A stretch of DNA of 58,512 nt from an uncultured Alphaproteobacteria bacterium (GCA_902518985.1 CABYIF010000003.1:1-58512); one strand, 5' to 3'; shown: positions 37,110 to 46,770, counted from the first letter of the stretch. Notes: generated by a model from the sequence alone, not told the origin. Translations and numbers: made by a program.

Positions 37110-38093
37110 ATGAGTTTATTAAATTTATTCCTTATTGTTTTCTCAGGAATATTTGTATTTATTTTATATTTTCACATTTCAAATTCTATTTTAGATTTAT
37201 ACGCTCAAAGAATAAATAAACAATTTAATTTCGAAAATTCAATTAGAGCTATAATATTCATAGCTCCTGCATTTATTATTTTATTTATATTTATTTTGTA
37301 TCCTGTTTTTGAAACTATAAGACTTAGTTTTTATGATAAATTTGGTAGAGAATTTGTTGGATTATATAATTACAATTGGGCAATAAATGATCCTGAGTTT
37401 AGAAGAAGTATTTTAAATAACCTTGGATGGCTGCTTATTGTACCAACATTAAGTACTTTTTTTGGTTTAGTTATTGCTAATCTCGCGGATAGAATTTGGT
37501 GGGGATCTATAGCAAAGTCAATAATTTTTATGCCGATGGCAATTTCATTTGTAGGCGCTGGTGTAATATGGAAATTCATATATGAATATAGAGGTCCTGG
37601 TGACACTCAAATCGGATTATTAAATGCAATAATTGTTAATTTTGGATATGAACCACAGGCTTGGTTAACAATTCCTGTTTGGAACAACATTTTTTTAATG
37701 GCTATAATGATTTGGATTCAAACTGGATTAGCACTAGTAATATTTAGTGCTGCTCTTCGAGGCATTCCAAAAGAGATGTTGGAAGCTGCAAGAATTGATG
37801 GAGCTAGTGAATTAAGAATCTTTTTTTCAATAATTATTCCTTATCTTGAGCAAACAATATTAGTAATTTGGACAATTATAACAATTCTTGTTTTAAAAAT
37901 TTTCGATATTATTTTTGCTATGACTAACGGAGAATGGCAAACAGGTGTGCTTGCAAACCTAATGTACGATTGGATGTTTAGAGGTGGCGGAGACTCAGGT
38001 AGAGGAAGTGTTTTAGCTTTTGTAATTATGATTGGTGTTATTCCAATATTAGCTTGGAATTTATATAAGCATCGACAGGAGCAAAAAATCTAA
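37110..38093 (+). CDS. ABC sugar permease, MalF-type
   Basis: 327 aa with 6 TM segments. Contains the EAA loop LEAARIDGASELRIFFSIIIP. Confidence 0.85.
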   Translation: MSLLNLFLIVFSGIFVFILYFHISNSILDLYAQRINKQFNFENSIRAIIFIAPAFIILFIFILYPVFETIRLSFYDKFGREFVGLYNYNWAINDPEFRRSILNNLGWLLIVPTLSTFFGLVIANLADRIWWGSIAKSIIFMPMAISFVGAGVIWKFIYEYRGPGDTQIGLLNAIIVNFGYEPQAWLTIPVWNNIFLMAIMIWIQTGLALVIFSAALRGIPKEMLEAARIDGASELRIFFSIIIPYLEQTILVIWTIITILVLKIFDIIFAMTNGEWQTGVLANLMYDWMFRGGGDSGRGSVLAFVIMIGVIPILAWNLYKHRQEQKI

Positions 38094-39232
38094 TGAAAAA
38101 GTTTTCTCTTACTTCAATCTTATCGCAGATATTATTATTATTATTTGTAATAATCTGGATAATGCCAACTTTTGGACTCTTTATAAGCTCATTAAGAGAT
38201 AAAGATCTTTTGGCAATCAGTGGTTGGTGGACGTCATTAACAACAACAAAAGTTAATGAAATTCATAGAATGTCAGGAATGGAATTACAATTTGAAGAAG
38301 ATAATTATTTTGTAATAAAAAATAAATTATTTGAGAGTAATTCAGGAAAAAAAATTCAAACATTTGGCATTACATCAAAAAAAATTAATGAATTTATTGT
38401 TGGTGAAATTGCTACTTTTAAAGATGGCAGTGAGGTAACTGTTAGTGAAGATGGAGTTTATATATGGAAATCACAAAATGAATTTACTAAGAAGAAAGGA
38501 AAAAGACTTTTTATTACAGCCTTGAGCCCTCCATCATTTACACTTGATAATTATAAGGAAGTTTTGTTTAAAGAGGGAATTGGGCAAGCTTTTTTGAACA
38601 CAACTGCGGTAGCGTTACCATCAACATTAATACCCTTAATAATATGTTCTTTTTTTGCTTATGCTCTTACATGGATGAAATTTTTTGGAAAAGATACTCT
38701 TTTAGCAATAATAATTGCTTCATTGGTTGTGCCTTTGCAAATGTCATTAATACCTATTTTAACAATTTATAATGATTTTGGTGCTTTATTTGGTGTTGCT
38801 GCTAAATCATATCCAGGTGTTTGGATGGCTCATACAGGGTTTGGCCTTGCTTCTACAACTTTTCTACTAAGAAATTTTATTAAATCACTCCCTAATGAGA
38901 TGATGGAAGCCGCAAAAGTAGATGGAGCTTCTCATTATGATATTTTTATTAAAATAATAATACCTCTTTCAATACCTGCTTTTGCTTCAATATTTATTTT
39001 ACAATTTTTATGGTGTTGGAATGACTTACTAGTCGGACTAGTATTTTTGGATCAAGTTCCAAGTGAAATTATCTTAACAGCAAAATTAAAAGAATTACTT
39101 GGTTCAAGAGGTGAGAACTGGGAAATCTTGACAACTGGGGCTTTTGTTTCAATGACAGTTCCCCTATTCATTTTTTTCGCACTTCAAAGATATTTTATCA
39201 GAGGTCTTGTTGCAGGGTCAGTAAAAGGATAA
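38093..39232 (+). CDS. ABC sugar permease, MalG-type, with an approximately 95-aa periplasmic insertion
   Basis: 379 aa. Contains the EAA loop MEAAKVDGASHYDIFIKIIIP. There is an unusually long segment between TM1 and the conserved FTLDNY. Confidence 0.85.
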   Translation: MKKFSLTSILSQILLLLFVIIWIMPTFGLFISSLRDKDLLAISGWWTSLTTTKVNEIHRMSGMELQFEEDNYFVIKNKLFESNSGKKIQTFGITSKKINEFIVGEIATFKDGSEVTVSEDGVYIWKSQNEFTKKKGKRLFITALSPPSFTLDNYKEVLFKEGIGQAFLNTTAVALPSTLIPLIICSFFAYALTWMKFFGKDTLLAIIIASLVVPLQMSLIPILTIYNDFGALFGVAAKSYPGVWMAHTGFGLASTTFLLRNFIKSLPNEMMEAAKVDGASHYDIFIKIIIPLSIPAFASIFILQFLWCWNDLLVGLVFLDQVPSEIILTAKLKELLGSRGENWEILTTGAFVSMTVPLFIFFALQRYFIRGLVAGSVKG

Positions 39233-39285
39233 AAATCTAAATTTTTTGGCTTTAAAATTATAATATTCAATTATATAAATGAAAT

Positions 39286-40293
39286 ATGCAACAAGCAATC
39301 GATCAAAACCCATCACGGAAATCATCAAAAAAATGGTTCAGAGCTGAAATAGACAAGCATGTTTTTAAAGAACTAACCAAAACCAGTGATTTACCTGGAT
39401 GGAAACACATAATTATATTTTCAATTACTTTATTATTTCTTGGATATTTATGTAATTTATCTTGGGGGTCTTGGTATTTTATTCCAATTTATCTAGCCTA
39501 TTGTACATTTTGGGGCGGTGCAGACGCAATCTGGCATGAGTGTGGCCACAGAACTGCATTTAGATCAAGAATAATTAATGATTTTTTTTACTATGTTGCA
39601 AGTTTTATGAATAACTTTGAACCAATAAGATGGAGATGGTCACATAAGCAACATCATAATTATACTGCTTCCATAGATCCTCACGATTTCGAAGTTGAAG
39701 AAAGTATATTTTCTAGACCAACATTAACTAGTTTCATCCTAAAGTTCATTCCTGGAATAGGGTTTTTTAATTTAAATAAATCTCTTTACAAAGAAATTTT
39801 ACAGCATGCCTATGGAATTGAAACAAAAGTTATGAAAGAATGTATACCCAAAGATCAAAAAAAGTTAAGTATAATAGTTTCTAGAATTTTTGTTTTTTTG
39901 TGGATTGCTATAATTATTTATTCAATACATGTAAATTCACTTTTACCCATTTTTCTATTTCTAATCCCTAAATTTTTTACCTCACTTAATGCAGTATGGG
40001 GTTTAACACAACATATGGGCTTAAAAGAAGACACTAAAGACCACAGAGAGTCAACGAGATCAGTTCGTTTAAATCCAATTTTTAGTTTTATTTATTGGAA
40101 GATGGAATATCATATTGAGCATCATATGTTTCCAACAATACCTTCATACAACTTACCTAAACTTCATGAACATATAAAGGATCAGCTTCCAAAGCCGCAA
40201 ACTCTTTTTGAAGCTTATAGAGATATCATACCTGCTGTTATAAAAAAATCTAAAGATCCAAATTATTATATACCTGTTAAAATTCCAGCTTAA
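39286..40293 (+). CDS. Membrane fatty-acid-desaturase-family di-iron enzyme
   Basis: 335 aa with three His boxes: HECGH, HKQHHNY and HIEHHMFP. TM segments lie between the boxes. Confidence 0.8.
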   Translation: MQQAIDQNPSRKSSKKWFRAEIDKHVFKELTKTSDLPGWKHIIIFSITLLFLGYLCNLSWGSWYFIPIYLAYCTFWGGADAIWHECGHRTAFRSRIINDFFYYVASFMNNFEPIRWRWSHKQHHNYTASIDPHDFEVEESIFSRPTLTSFILKFIPGIGFFNLNKSLYKEILQHAYGIETKVMKECIPKDQKKLSIIVSRIFVFLWIAIIIYSIHVNSLLPIFLFLIPKFFTSLNAVWGLTQHMGLKEDTKDHRESTRSVRLNPIFSFIYWKMEYHIEHHMFPTIPSYNLPKLHEHIKDQLPKPQTLFEAYRDIIPAVIKKSKDPNYYIPVKIPA

Positions 40294-40299
40294 AAAAAT

Positions 40300-40737
40300 T
40301 TAAATTGATTTTAAAAATTTTTCTGACCATTCTATTGAGCCTTCAGTGTCAAAATCACACTCTTGTCTTTCTAAAATTCTATTTGCGCCAAGTTCTTTAA
40401 GTTTTTCGTCAATTATTTTGCCTGCATTACAGAAATCATAATGTGAAGAATCTCCAAGTGCTAATACACCATACTTTAAGTTAGATATATCCAATTCAGT
40501 TGAACCTGACAAGTTTTCCCAAAAAGTTAGTGCATTATCAGGAACTTCCCCGTCGCCGGTTGTAGAAGTTACAATCATTAATTTATTAATTTCTTGAAGC
40601 TTAGTCATGCTGATATCATCAAGCTCAAAAACTTGGCAACTAACTCCCTTATCTTTGAATAATTTTTCAATATCAAAAGCTAATTCTTCAGCAGTACCTG
40701 TTTGAGTACCATAACCAATGTGTAAAATTTCAGACAT
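40300..40737 (-). CDS. Short-chain flavodoxin
   Basis: 145 aa. Contains the FMN-binding loop YGTQTGTAEE, and TSTTGDGEVP. Confidence 0.8.
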   Translation of the reverse strand: MSEILHIGYGTQTGTAEELAFDIEKLFKDKGVSCQVFELDDISMTKLQEINKLMIVTSTTGDGEVPDNALTFWENLSGSTELDISNLKYGVLALGDSSHYDFCNAGKIIDEKLKELGANRILERQECDFDTEGSIEWSEKFLKSI

Positions 40738-40868
40738 ATTTAATAAAATAATAACAATTATAATATTTCAAGTACTAGGTTGTCACTATTGTTTTAACAA
40801 TTTTGCAATAATAGTGAAGATTTTATTGATTATCACTCGTTAAAATATTACCTTTTTTTTTAATATAA

Positions 40869-42305
40869 ATGGAAAATAGAAATTTTATTAATGGAAATTT
40901 TGTTGACTCTATATCTAATAAAAGTGTTGACGTATTTAATCCAGCCAATCATGCTTTAATTGGTAGCATAAATGAAGCTATGAATGATGAGATAGACATA
41001 GCAATAGATTCTGCAAAAAAAGCTTTTCAAAAAAGGATTCTTCAAGACATGGATGCAAAAGTAAAGTCTAAAATGATGAGATCAATTGCAGATAAACTTC
41101 GAGAATATAGTCACGAAGGAGGAAAGCTTTTAAGCCTAGAAAATGGCAAAACTATAAACCAGTGTATCGGCGAATTTAAAGGTGCTGCTGATACATTTGA
41201 TTTTTATGCTGGTATGACTGATAAAATTGAGAACAAACTTATACCTTCAAGTAAAGATACTTTTAATTACATAGTTTTAGAACCCTTTGGAGTTAGTTTA
41301 CAAATAGTTCCATGGAATTATCCAGTGTCTATTTTTTCAGGTATGGTTGCACAAAATTTAGTTGTTGGTAATACAATTGTGATTAAACCCCCAGAATTAT
41401 GTCCACTCTCATCAAATTTTTATGGAAGAATATTTAAAGAAGTCGGTGTTCCGGAGGGTATAATTAATATTGTGCATGGTCGCGGTGAAGTTACTGGAAG
41501 AAAATTAGTTAAACATAAAGGTATTGACTATATTGTTTTTACAGGATCACCAGAAGTAGCATCAGAAATTCTTAAAGAAACTGCAGACAGAATTATTCCT
41601 TGTCATTTTGAATTAGGAGGAAAGTCTGCGGCTATAATTTATCCTGATGCAGATATAGATAAAGCAGTAGATAGTACGGTGAAGGGAATTTTTAAACCAA
41701 ATGCTGGTCAAATATGTGTTGCTATGTCTAGAGTAATTGTCCACCCTAAAATTAAAGATGAATATATGTCAAAATTAATTTCTAAAACAAAAAAACTTAA
41801 AATAGGCTCAGGTTCTGATAATGATACTGATGTTACGCCTCTTATTTCAAAGGATCAAGTACAAAGAGTTTCTAATTATGTTAAATCTGGCATTCAGTCT
41901 GGAGCTGAGTTAACACTAGGTGGTAAGGAACATGATAATAAAGAAGGTAATTTTTATCAACCAACAATATTTAACAATGTTTCGACTGACTCCACTATCG
42001 CACAAGAAGAAATATTTGGTCCTGTAACATCGGTATTTGATTTTGAAGATGAAGAACAAGCTATTGATATAGTAAATTCAACTAATTATGGATTAGCATC
42101 AGGTGTATTTACAGCTGATGACCAAAAAGCAAAATGGACTGCTGATAGGATTCAAGCTGGTATTATTTGGCATAATGATTGGTTTGTAGATGGAATTAAT
42201 TTACCAGGAGGTGGTTATAAAAAGTCAGGTTATGGAAGAGATGGTGGAATGGATGGCATCTATAGTCATGGTCAAACAAAAAGGGTAAGTAAAAGACTTT
42301 ACTAA
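40869..42305 (+). CDS. NAD(P)-dependent aldehyde dehydrogenase
   Basis: 478 aa. Contains VPWNYP, FTGS, ELGGKS, the catalytic Cys in NAGQICVAMSR, and EEIFGPV. Confidence 0.9.
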   Translation: MENRNFINGNFVDSISNKSVDVFNPANHALIGSINEAMNDEIDIAIDSAKKAFQKRILQDMDAKVKSKMMRSIADKLREYSHEGGKLLSLENGKTINQCIGEFKGAADTFDFYAGMTDKIENKLIPSSKDTFNYIVLEPFGVSLQIVPWNYPVSIFSGMVAQNLVVGNTIVIKPPELCPLSSNFYGRIFKEVGVPEGIINIVHGRGEVTGRKLVKHKGIDYIVFTGSPEVASEILKETADRIIPCHFELGGKSAAIIYPDADIDKAVDSTVKGIFKPNAGQICVAMSRVIVHPKIKDEYMSKLISKTKKLKIGSGSDNDTDVTPLISKDQVQRVSNYVKSGIQSGAELTLGGKEHDNKEGNFYQPTIFNNVSTDSTIAQEEIFGPVTSVFDFEDEEQAIDIVNSTNYGLASGVFTADDQKAKWTADRIQAGIIWHNDWFVDGINLPGGGYKKSGYGRDGGMDGIYSHGQTKRVSKRLY

Positions 42306-42312
42306 TTTTATT

Positions 42313-43101
42313 ATGAAAAAACTTACCGTTAAAGAAATTTTAAAATGCAAAGGAATAAGAAAACTCTCAGAAGTTTATACTCATAATCCTCTAGAAGCAG
42401 AAGCTTGTGAACTTGCAGGAATAGATATGATTGTCTCATCAGAAGTTAATGATATTCAAGGTATAAGGAATGCTGCTAAAAATACCTTTCTAACAGTAGG
42501 TCTTCCTTATGGCTTGTACATAAATAAAAATCATATTGTGAAAAGATCATTTGAATTACTTAAAATGGGTGCTGATGCAATTTATTGTCCGCAAGGACTA
42601 AGTCTAATAAAAGCAATAACAGATGAGGGGATACCAGTAGTAGGACATTCAGGATTTATTCCCTATAAATCCACATTATATGGTGGCTTTAAAGCGTTCG
42701 GAAAAACATCTATAGAAGCACAAAAAATTTATGATCAATGTCAAATGCTGCGAGATGCTGGAGTATTTGCTATTGAAATAGAAATAGTTCCCTATCAAGT
42801 TGCAGAATTTATAGCAAAAAATATAGATATTTTTATGATAGGCATGGGAAGTGGAACCGGATGTGATGCTCAATATTTATTTGCAGAAGATATCTTAGGG
42901 TACAATACAGGGCATATACCCAGGCATGCAAAAGTTTATTCTGATGTAGGTAAAGATTACAAAAGAATAAAAGATAAATCAATAGAAGCATTCAAAATGT
43001 TTGATAAGGATGTTAAAGATCAAAAATACCCATCCAAAGAACATGATATAAATATATCTGGTACAGAACTTAAAAGTTTTACAAATAAAATCAAACCTTA
43101 A
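42313..43101 (+). CDS. Ketopantoate hydroxymethyltransferase (PanB)-like paralogue, divergent N-terminal half
   Basis: 262 aa. The C-terminal half resembles PanB (IPVVGHSGFIPY...YGGFKAFGKT, EIEIVP, IGMGSG..CDAQ, GHIPRHAK, YPSKEH). The canonical GDSLGM region is not recognisable. Confidence 0.6.
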   Translation: MKKLTVKEILKCKGIRKLSEVYTHNPLEAEACELAGIDMIVSSEVNDIQGIRNAAKNTFLTVGLPYGLYINKNHIVKRSFELLKMGADAIYCPQGLSLIKAITDEGIPVVGHSGFIPYKSTLYGGFKAFGKTSIEAQKIYDQCQMLRDAGVFAIEIEIVPYQVAEFIAKNIDIFMIGMGSGTGCDAQYLFAEDILGYNTGHIPRHAKVYSDVGKDYKRIKDKSIEAFKMFDKDVKDQKYPSKEHDINISGTELKSFTNKIKP

Positions 43102-43153
43102 GAATTAACATATACTTCAATTAATTTAGTATTTATAATGTTTTACTTGACTT

Positions 43154-43167
43154 CCAAAACGTTTTGG
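43154..43167. promoter_or_regulatory. Second copy of the LacI-type operator, in the promoter of the second sugar ABC operon
   Basis: CCAAAACGTTTTGG again sits 1 nt after a -35-like TTGACT (43147-43152). The shared 21-mer is TTGAC[AT][AT]CCAAAACGTTTTGG. Confidence 0.6.
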
Positions 43168-43213
43168 ATTTAATTTTGATTAATATTAAAATAATATAAT
43201 TCTGGGAGGAAAA

Positions 43214-44209
43214 ATGAAAATTTTAAAAATTATTTTAGCTTCTATTTTCTTTATACCAATTTCGTATCAATCAATAGCAGCTCCAACAGGACAAGATTTA
43301 GGCGATAAATGGTGTTCAGATGTAAAAATGCATTTTTATGCTGGTGGACCAGAAGCAGGTGGATTTGCAGGTATCGTTGCAGCTGGAGCAATGAATGCTA
43401 TTAGAGATACTGGTGCTGATGCAGAAATCATTTATTCAGAGTGGGATTTTGAAAAAATGGTTCGTCAATTAAGAGAATCAGTTGGACTGGGGGTAGATGC
43501 TATTGCAATGATGGGACATCCAGGCAATGAAGCCTTAATGCCCCTAGCAAGACAAGCAGCTGAAAATGGAATACTGATGACTTATCAAAACGTTGATCCA
43601 TCAGGAGTAAGAGCAAAATATGGTGGTGGTTATGTAGGTGCTAATCTAGCAACTCAAGGAAAAGCACTAGCAAGAGAAGCAATTAGACAGTTTGGATTTC
43701 AAGCTGGAGATCATGCTATAGTAATGGTACCTCTTGGTGACTATGCAAGAGCACAAAGAGAAGATGGTGCAAGAATAATTTTTGAAGAACATGGTATGAC
43801 AGTTACAGTCTTAGATGGAGATCCAAAGTACGCTTCAGATCCTAACATGACTATTCCAATTTTTGCAGCAGCATTAAATGCTAATCCTGAAACTAAAGTA
43901 ATTGTTCATTCAGGAAGTGATATTATGAATGTTGCTGAGGGAATTGCTAAGGCAGCAGGTTATGGACCTAATGAACTACTTCAAATTGGTTTTGATACCA
44001 GTCCACAAATAATGTCTTCATTTGAGAAAGGTTATGTTCACTTAACATCTGATCAACAACCATTCTTGCAAGGATATTTACCTGTATTGTCTTTATGTCA
44101 AACAGCTGTTCTTGGTACTGGTGCAATTAACCAAGATACTGGAGCAGGTTTTGTAGACACAAACAATTATCAAGCTGTAAAAGCGCTTGCAGATGCAGGT
44201 TTAAGATAA
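43214..44209 (+). CDS. ABC transporter sugar-binding protein, PBP type 1 (CUT2, ribose/fructose type)
   Basis: 331 aa. Has a signal peptide and an Ala/Gly-rich mature domain with a LacI/RbsB-like fold pattern. Confidence 0.8.
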   Translation: MKILKIILASIFFIPISYQSIAAPTGQDLGDKWCSDVKMHFYAGGPEAGGFAGIVAAGAMNAIRDTGADAEIIYSEWDFEKMVRQLRESVGLGVDAIAMMGHPGNEALMPLARQAAENGILMTYQNVDPSGVRAKYGGGYVGANLATQGKALAREAIRQFGFQAGDHAIVMVPLGDYARAQREDGARIIFEEHGMTVTVLDGDPKYASDPNMTIPIFAAALNANPETKVIVHSGSDIMNVAEGIAKAAGYGPNELLQIGFDTSPQIMSSFEKGYVHLTSDQQPFLQGYLPVLSLCQTAVLGTGAINQDTGAGFVDTNNYQAVKALADAGLR

Positions 44210-44219
44210 TATTAATCTT

Positions 44220-44247
44220 AACTGACTCATTTTTAAATGAGTCAGTT
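44220..44247 (+). terminator. Intra-operon hairpin after the second binding-protein gene
   Basis: AACTGACTCAT-TTTTAA-ATGAGTCAGTT forms an 11-bp perfect stem. The T-tract is weak. Confidence 0.45.
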
Positions 44248-44255
44248 TCAATAAT

Positions 44256-45002
44256 ATGGAAAATATAATTCAACTTAATAAAGTAACAAAAAAATTTGGA
44301 GGTATTACAGCTTTAAATAAAGCTTCACTTTATGTAAAAAAGGGAGAGGTTGTTGGATTAATCGGAGATAATGGTGCTGGAAAATCTACATTAATAAAAA
44401 CTTTAGTTGGTGTTTATAGTCCAGATGAAGGTGAAATTCTCATAAGAGGTAACAAAATTAATAGCTGGAATGCCCTAAAAGCTAGAGAAGCTGGAATAGA
44501 AACAGTTTTTCAAGACAGAGCTTTAACACCTCAACAATCTATTGTTAAAAACATTTTTATGGGAAAAGAATTAAAATATCCCTTTGGTTTTATTAGGGAG
44601 AAAGAACAAATAAATGAAGCAAATCGATTAATAAGAGAAATAGGTTTTACTTCAAAATTAATTAATGCAGAGTCATCAGTCGGTAATTTATCTGGAGGTG
44701 AAAGGCAAGGAGTTGCTATAGCAAGAGCTATATATAACAATGCAGAATTAATTGTTCTTGATGAACCAACAAATAATTTATCTCTAAATGAAACTCAAAA
44801 AGTTTTTGATTTTGTTTTAAATGTAAAGAAATCAAATAGATCAGTTTTATTTATTGGTCATAACATTTACCATGTATATGATATATCTGATAGATTTGTA
44901 ATATTGGACAGAGGTGAGGTTGTTCATGAATTGAATAAAGAAGAAATTTCTTCACCTGAAGAGTTAATGAAACTAATGAGAGATACAATTAAAAAGCATT
45001 AA
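44256..45002 (+). CDS. ABC transporter ATP-binding protein, single NBD (FrcA-like)
   Basis: 248 aa. Contains Walker A GDNGAGKST, the signature LSGGERQ and Walker B LIVLDEPT. Confidence 0.9.
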   Translation: MENIIQLNKVTKKFGGITALNKASLYVKKGEVVGLIGDNGAGKSTLIKTLVGVYSPDEGEILIRGNKINSWNALKAREAGIETVFQDRALTPQQSIVKNIFMGKELKYPFGFIREKEQINEANRLIREIGFTSKLINAESSVGNLSGGERQGVAIARAIYNNAELIVLDEPTNNLSLNETQKVFDFVLNVKKSNRSVLFIGHNIYHVYDISDRFVILDRGEVVHELNKEEISSPEELMKLMRDTIKKH

Positions 45003-45003
45003 T

Positions 45004-45975
45004 ATGGGTAATAAATCATTTTTTAATAATATGTTTCACAAAAATGGAAGAGCTCTTGGTAGTATTGGTTACTTTGTTCTATTAATGATAATATTTTTTA
45101 TCGGAGCCCCTGAAGCCTGGATAAGACCAAATTTACATCAATCAGTATTTGTAATGATGCCAACCTTAATTTTTTTAACAATTCCACTTGTTTTTCTTGT
45201 AGCATCTGGAGAAATTGACTTATCTTTTGCATCTACGTATGCGGTTGCAGCTTATATTTTTGCTCTTTTAGTAAAAAATGGAGTAGATCCAGCTATTTGT
45301 TTTGTATTAGGTATTTTAACAGGTGCTTCGATAGGTGCACTCGTTGGAACTTTGATTGTTGTGTTTCGACTATCGTCTTTAGTTGCTTCTCTTGGTGTAT
45401 TGTTTTTATTAAGAGGGGTTATTTTACTTTTAACAAATAGTAGATCAATTACGATTATGGAAGTAGAAAATCATTGGATTTACCCTCTTTTAGTAGGTAA
45501 ATTTTATGGTTTTCCAATGCAAATTTTTTGGGCAGCGATATTTATTATTTTTTGTTACTATTTTTTTAATAAACACATTTTTGGGGTCCATATTCAACAT
45601 GTTGGTGATAACTCTGTAAGTGCTGAACAAATGGGAATAAATGTAAATGCAGTTAAGATAAAGGCTTTTATGTTTGTTGGAGTTGGTGCTGCGCTTGGCG
45701 GAATATTTACTACTTTAATAACGTATACTTTCTTTCCTACGCAAGGTTTTGGCTATTTATTATTAGCCTTAGCAGCAGTTTTTGTTGGAGGAACGCCTTA
45801 TTGGGGAGGCTTGGGAACAATTGTCGGAGCAGTATTTGGAGTTGGAATTATTGCGTATATGGAAATAGGAATAATAGCAATAGGATGGAGTGGTGAATGG
45901 AGGCAATTTTTTAATGGTTTAATAATATTATTAGCTCTTCTTGGTCATAGATTGCACGGAGAAAGAGTTAGGTAA
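45004..45975 (+). CDS. ABC sugar permease, CUT2 (RbsC/FrcC-like)
   Basis: 323 aa with about 9-10 TM segments. GEIDLSFAS is typical of this family. Confidence 0.85.
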   Translation: MGNKSFFNNMFHKNGRALGSIGYFVLLMIIFFIGAPEAWIRPNLHQSVFVMMPTLIFLTIPLVFLVASGEIDLSFASTYAVAAYIFALLVKNGVDPAICFVLGILTGASIGALVGTLIVVFRLSSLVASLGVLFLLRGVILLLTNSRSITIMEVENHWIYPLLVGKFYGFPMQIFWAAIFIIFCYYFFNKHIFGVHIQHVGDNSVSAEQMGINVNAVKIKAFMFVGVGAALGGIFTTLITYTFFPTQGFGYLLLALAAVFVGGTPYWGGLGTIVGAVFGVGIIAYMEIGIIAIGWSGEWRQFFNGLIILLALLGHRLHGERVR

Positions 45976-45985
45976 TTATTTTAAT

Positions 45986-46765
45986 ATGACTAAAGTAATT
46001 ATTTGGAATGAAAATATTCATGAAAAAGAAAATGAAGAAGTAAAGAAAATTTATCCCAATGGAATACATAATTGTATAAAAGATTTTTTATTAAAAGATA
46101 GTTCTTTCAAAATTGAAACCGCAACTCTAGAACAAGAAGATAATGGCCTTAATGAGGAAACTTTAAATAAATGCAATGTACTAATATGGTGGGGGCACAA
46201 AGCGCATTCTAAAGTTCTAGATAAAACAGTTGATTTAGTACAAAAACGAGTACTGGAAGGGATGGGTTTAATTGTATTACATTCAGGACATCACTCAAAA
46301 ATTTTTAAAAGACTTATGGGTACAAATTGTAATCTTACATGGCGAGAATTTGGAGAGAAAGAAAGGCTTTGGATTTGCAACCCTGCACATCCAATTTGCC
46401 ATGGACTGGATCCTTATATTGAACTTGAAATGGAAGAAATGTATGGGGAACCTTTTCAAGTTCCCTCACCTGAAGAAACACTTTTCACAAGTTGGTTTGA
46501 AGGTGGAGAAACATTTAGATCAGGACTATTATATAAAAGAGGCAATGGTCAAATTTTTTATTTTCGTCCTGGCCATGAAGCATATCCGACATATCATAAC
46601 ACAAATATTCAGAAGATTATTAAAAATGCTATTAATTATGTAAAACCAAAAAATAATAATATTTGGGAAGATATCCATTCCCCAATTCCAAAAAGTAACA
46701 GACCTAAACCAATTGAAAATATTAAAAAAAGAGGTATTTCAATTGATCATCCAACTGAAAAATAA
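45986..46765 (+). CDS. ThuA-like (trehalose-utilisation) class I glutamine-amidotransferase-fold protein
   Basis: Start moved to MTKVIIWNENIHE. Contains VLIWWGHKAH, LIVLHSGHHSKIF, WRE..EKERLW and HPI..GL motifs, as in ThuA. Confidence 0.8.
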   Translation: MTKVIIWNENIHEKENEEVKKIYPNGIHNCIKDFLLKDSSFKIETATLEQEDNGLNEETLNKCNVLIWWGHKAHSKVLDKTVDLVQKRVLEGMGLIVLHSGHHSKIFKRLMGTNCNLTWREFGEKERLWICNPAHPICHGLDPYIELEMEEMYGEPFQVPSPEETLFTSWFEGGETFRSGLLYKRGNGQIFYFRPGHEAYPTYHNTNIQKIIKNAINYVKPKNNNIWEDIHSPIPKSNRPKPIENIKKRGISIDHPTEK

Positions 46766-46770
46766 ATAAA

